This document shows positions 62,481 to 64,000 of a stretch of DNA of 64,000 nucleotides, one piece after another. The notes beneath the pieces were generated by a model. The model searched no databases and was not told the DNA's origin. It saw nothing but the letters and a program-made list of their open reading frames with translations. Source of the stretch: Leucoraja ocellata (lineage: Eukaryota). How positions within the stretch are numbered: the stretch's first letter is position 1; every line of letters begins with the position of its first letter. The stretch is taken from positions 2,170,001 to 2,234,000 of the forward strand of contig JAWMAR010000191.1 of assembly GCA_036785375.1 (NCBI GenBank), written 5' to 3'. The position numbers and the translations under genes are program-made.

Positions 62481-62584
62481 GAGCTTATTAAAAAAATGTC
62501 ATAAAGGATATGATAAACACAACCATAAGATGGTGCACTGAAACTCAAAGAATCATCCACCTGTAACTACATTGGAGAAAATAT

Positions 62585-63585
62585 TAAAATTATGGTGCTC
62601 GGTGCTGGGATCGCAGCTATTTACAATATACATCAATGATTTGGTTTTAGATGAAGGGATTCAAAGTAACATTAGCAAATTTGCAGATGACACAAAGCTG
62701 GGTGGCAGTGTGAACTGTGAGGAAGATGCTACGAGAATGCAGGGTGACTTGGACAGGTTGGGTGAATAGGCAGATGCATGACAGGTGCAGTTTAATGTGG
62801 ATAAATGTGAGGTTATCCAATTTGGTAGTAAAAACAGGAAGGCAGATTATTATCTAAATGGTGTCAAGTTGTGAAAAGGGGAAGTACAACAAGATCTGGG
62901 GGTTCTTGTTCATCAGTCAATGAAAGTAAGCATGCAGGTACAGCAGGCAGTGAAGAAAGCAAATGGCATGTTGGCCTTTATAACAAGAGGCCCTGGTGCA
63001 ACCACACGTAGAGTATTGTGTGTAGTTTTGGTCCCCAAATTTGGAGAAGGACATTCTTGCTATTGAGGGAGTGCAGCGTAGGGTTACAAAGTTAATTCCC
63101 AGGATGGCGGGACTGTCATATGTTGAGAGAATGGAACGGCTGGGCTTGTATACCCTGGAATTTAGAAGGATGAGAGGGTATCTTATTGAAACATATAAGA
63201 TTATTAAGGGTTTAGACACGTTAGAGGCAGGAAATGTAATATGTAATAAAATGTAATAACAGGACATGTTCCTGATGTTGGGGGAGTCCAGAACTAGGGG
63301 CCACAGTTTAAGAATAAGAGGTAAGCCATTTAGAACAGAGATGAGGAAACACTTTTTCATACAGAGATTTGTGAGTCTGTGGAATTCTCTGCCTCAGAGG
63401 GCGGTGGAGGCCGATTCTCTGGATACTTTCAAGAGGGAACTAGATAGGGTTCTTAAAGATAGCGGATATGGGGAGAAGGCAGGAACGGGCTACTGATGTG
63501 GATGATCAGCCATGATCACATTGAATCACAGTGCTGGCTTGAAGGGCCGAATGGCGTACTCCTGCACCTATTGTCTATTGTCTAT
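62585..63585 (+). mobile_element. CR1 ORF2 RT-to-3' fragment
   Basis: SVLGSQLFTIYINDL...KFADDTKLGG, ERMERLGLYTLEFRRMRGYLIETYK and SRTRGHSL, with a (ctattgt)n tail. Confidence 0.92.
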
Positions 63586-64000
63586 GAAAGTATATTACAT
63601 TTGAATGAGAACTGGGGACAGTAAATCCTCTGACTGCTCTAAATCAAGGATCAAATTTGATAGACCAGATCTAGCTATCAAAAAATAAAACAGGTTGTGA
63701 AGAAATAAAGATGTCTGTATTATCAATACTGGGTAAATATCCCAGACTGTTTCATGTTGAATTTGGAAACATTTATGGTATGACACCAATATTCACTTGA
63801 AGGAAAATGCTCCACCTTGATTTTTCTAAGCAAGATTTACACTTTACCATCTCAAGTTAAGGCTTGGAAGAGCTAAAGTGACTACAGTAAGCAAGTATAT
63901 TTGTATTGGTTCTGACTGGGCAATTCAATCACTTGTATAGCGAGGACAGATAGCATCATTAGAATCTGCAAAGATGACATGATGGTCATTGACAAATGTA

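Overview
Eukaryotic, repeat-rich DNA, most likely from a cartilaginous fish (inferred from HE1-like V-SINEs, CR1/HER1-like LINEs, DeuSINE-like relics and the shark/skate-type Penelope repeats). The window lies inside a + strand CELF4 (BRUNOL4) gene. Only two coding exons are visible: 15423-15570 (148 nt) and 26242-26391 (150 nt), from the linker between RRM2 and RRM3. They splice in frame. The rest is intron filled with decayed CR1 and Rex1/Babar LINE pieces, V-SINEs, two L1-type 3' ends, three PIF/Harbinger-type MITEs, one hAT MITE and about 20 Penelope-related short repeats carrying a minimal hammerhead ribozyme motif. There is also a 183-N assembly gap. No intact transposon ORF, tRNA/rRNA gene or CRISPR array was seen. 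The most interesting items are the hammerhead-bearing repeat family (one copy has a 17-bp TSD), a 140-bp TSD-flanked retroposon with a (GAA)n tail and no recognisable tRNA head, a CpG-rich non-autonomous family with repeated GGTAAGT motifs, and an inverted L1 pair flanking the 148-nt exon. I cannot establish that any of these is undescribed without database searches. Repeat boundaries were read by eye and are approximate unless a TSD or TIR is quoted.
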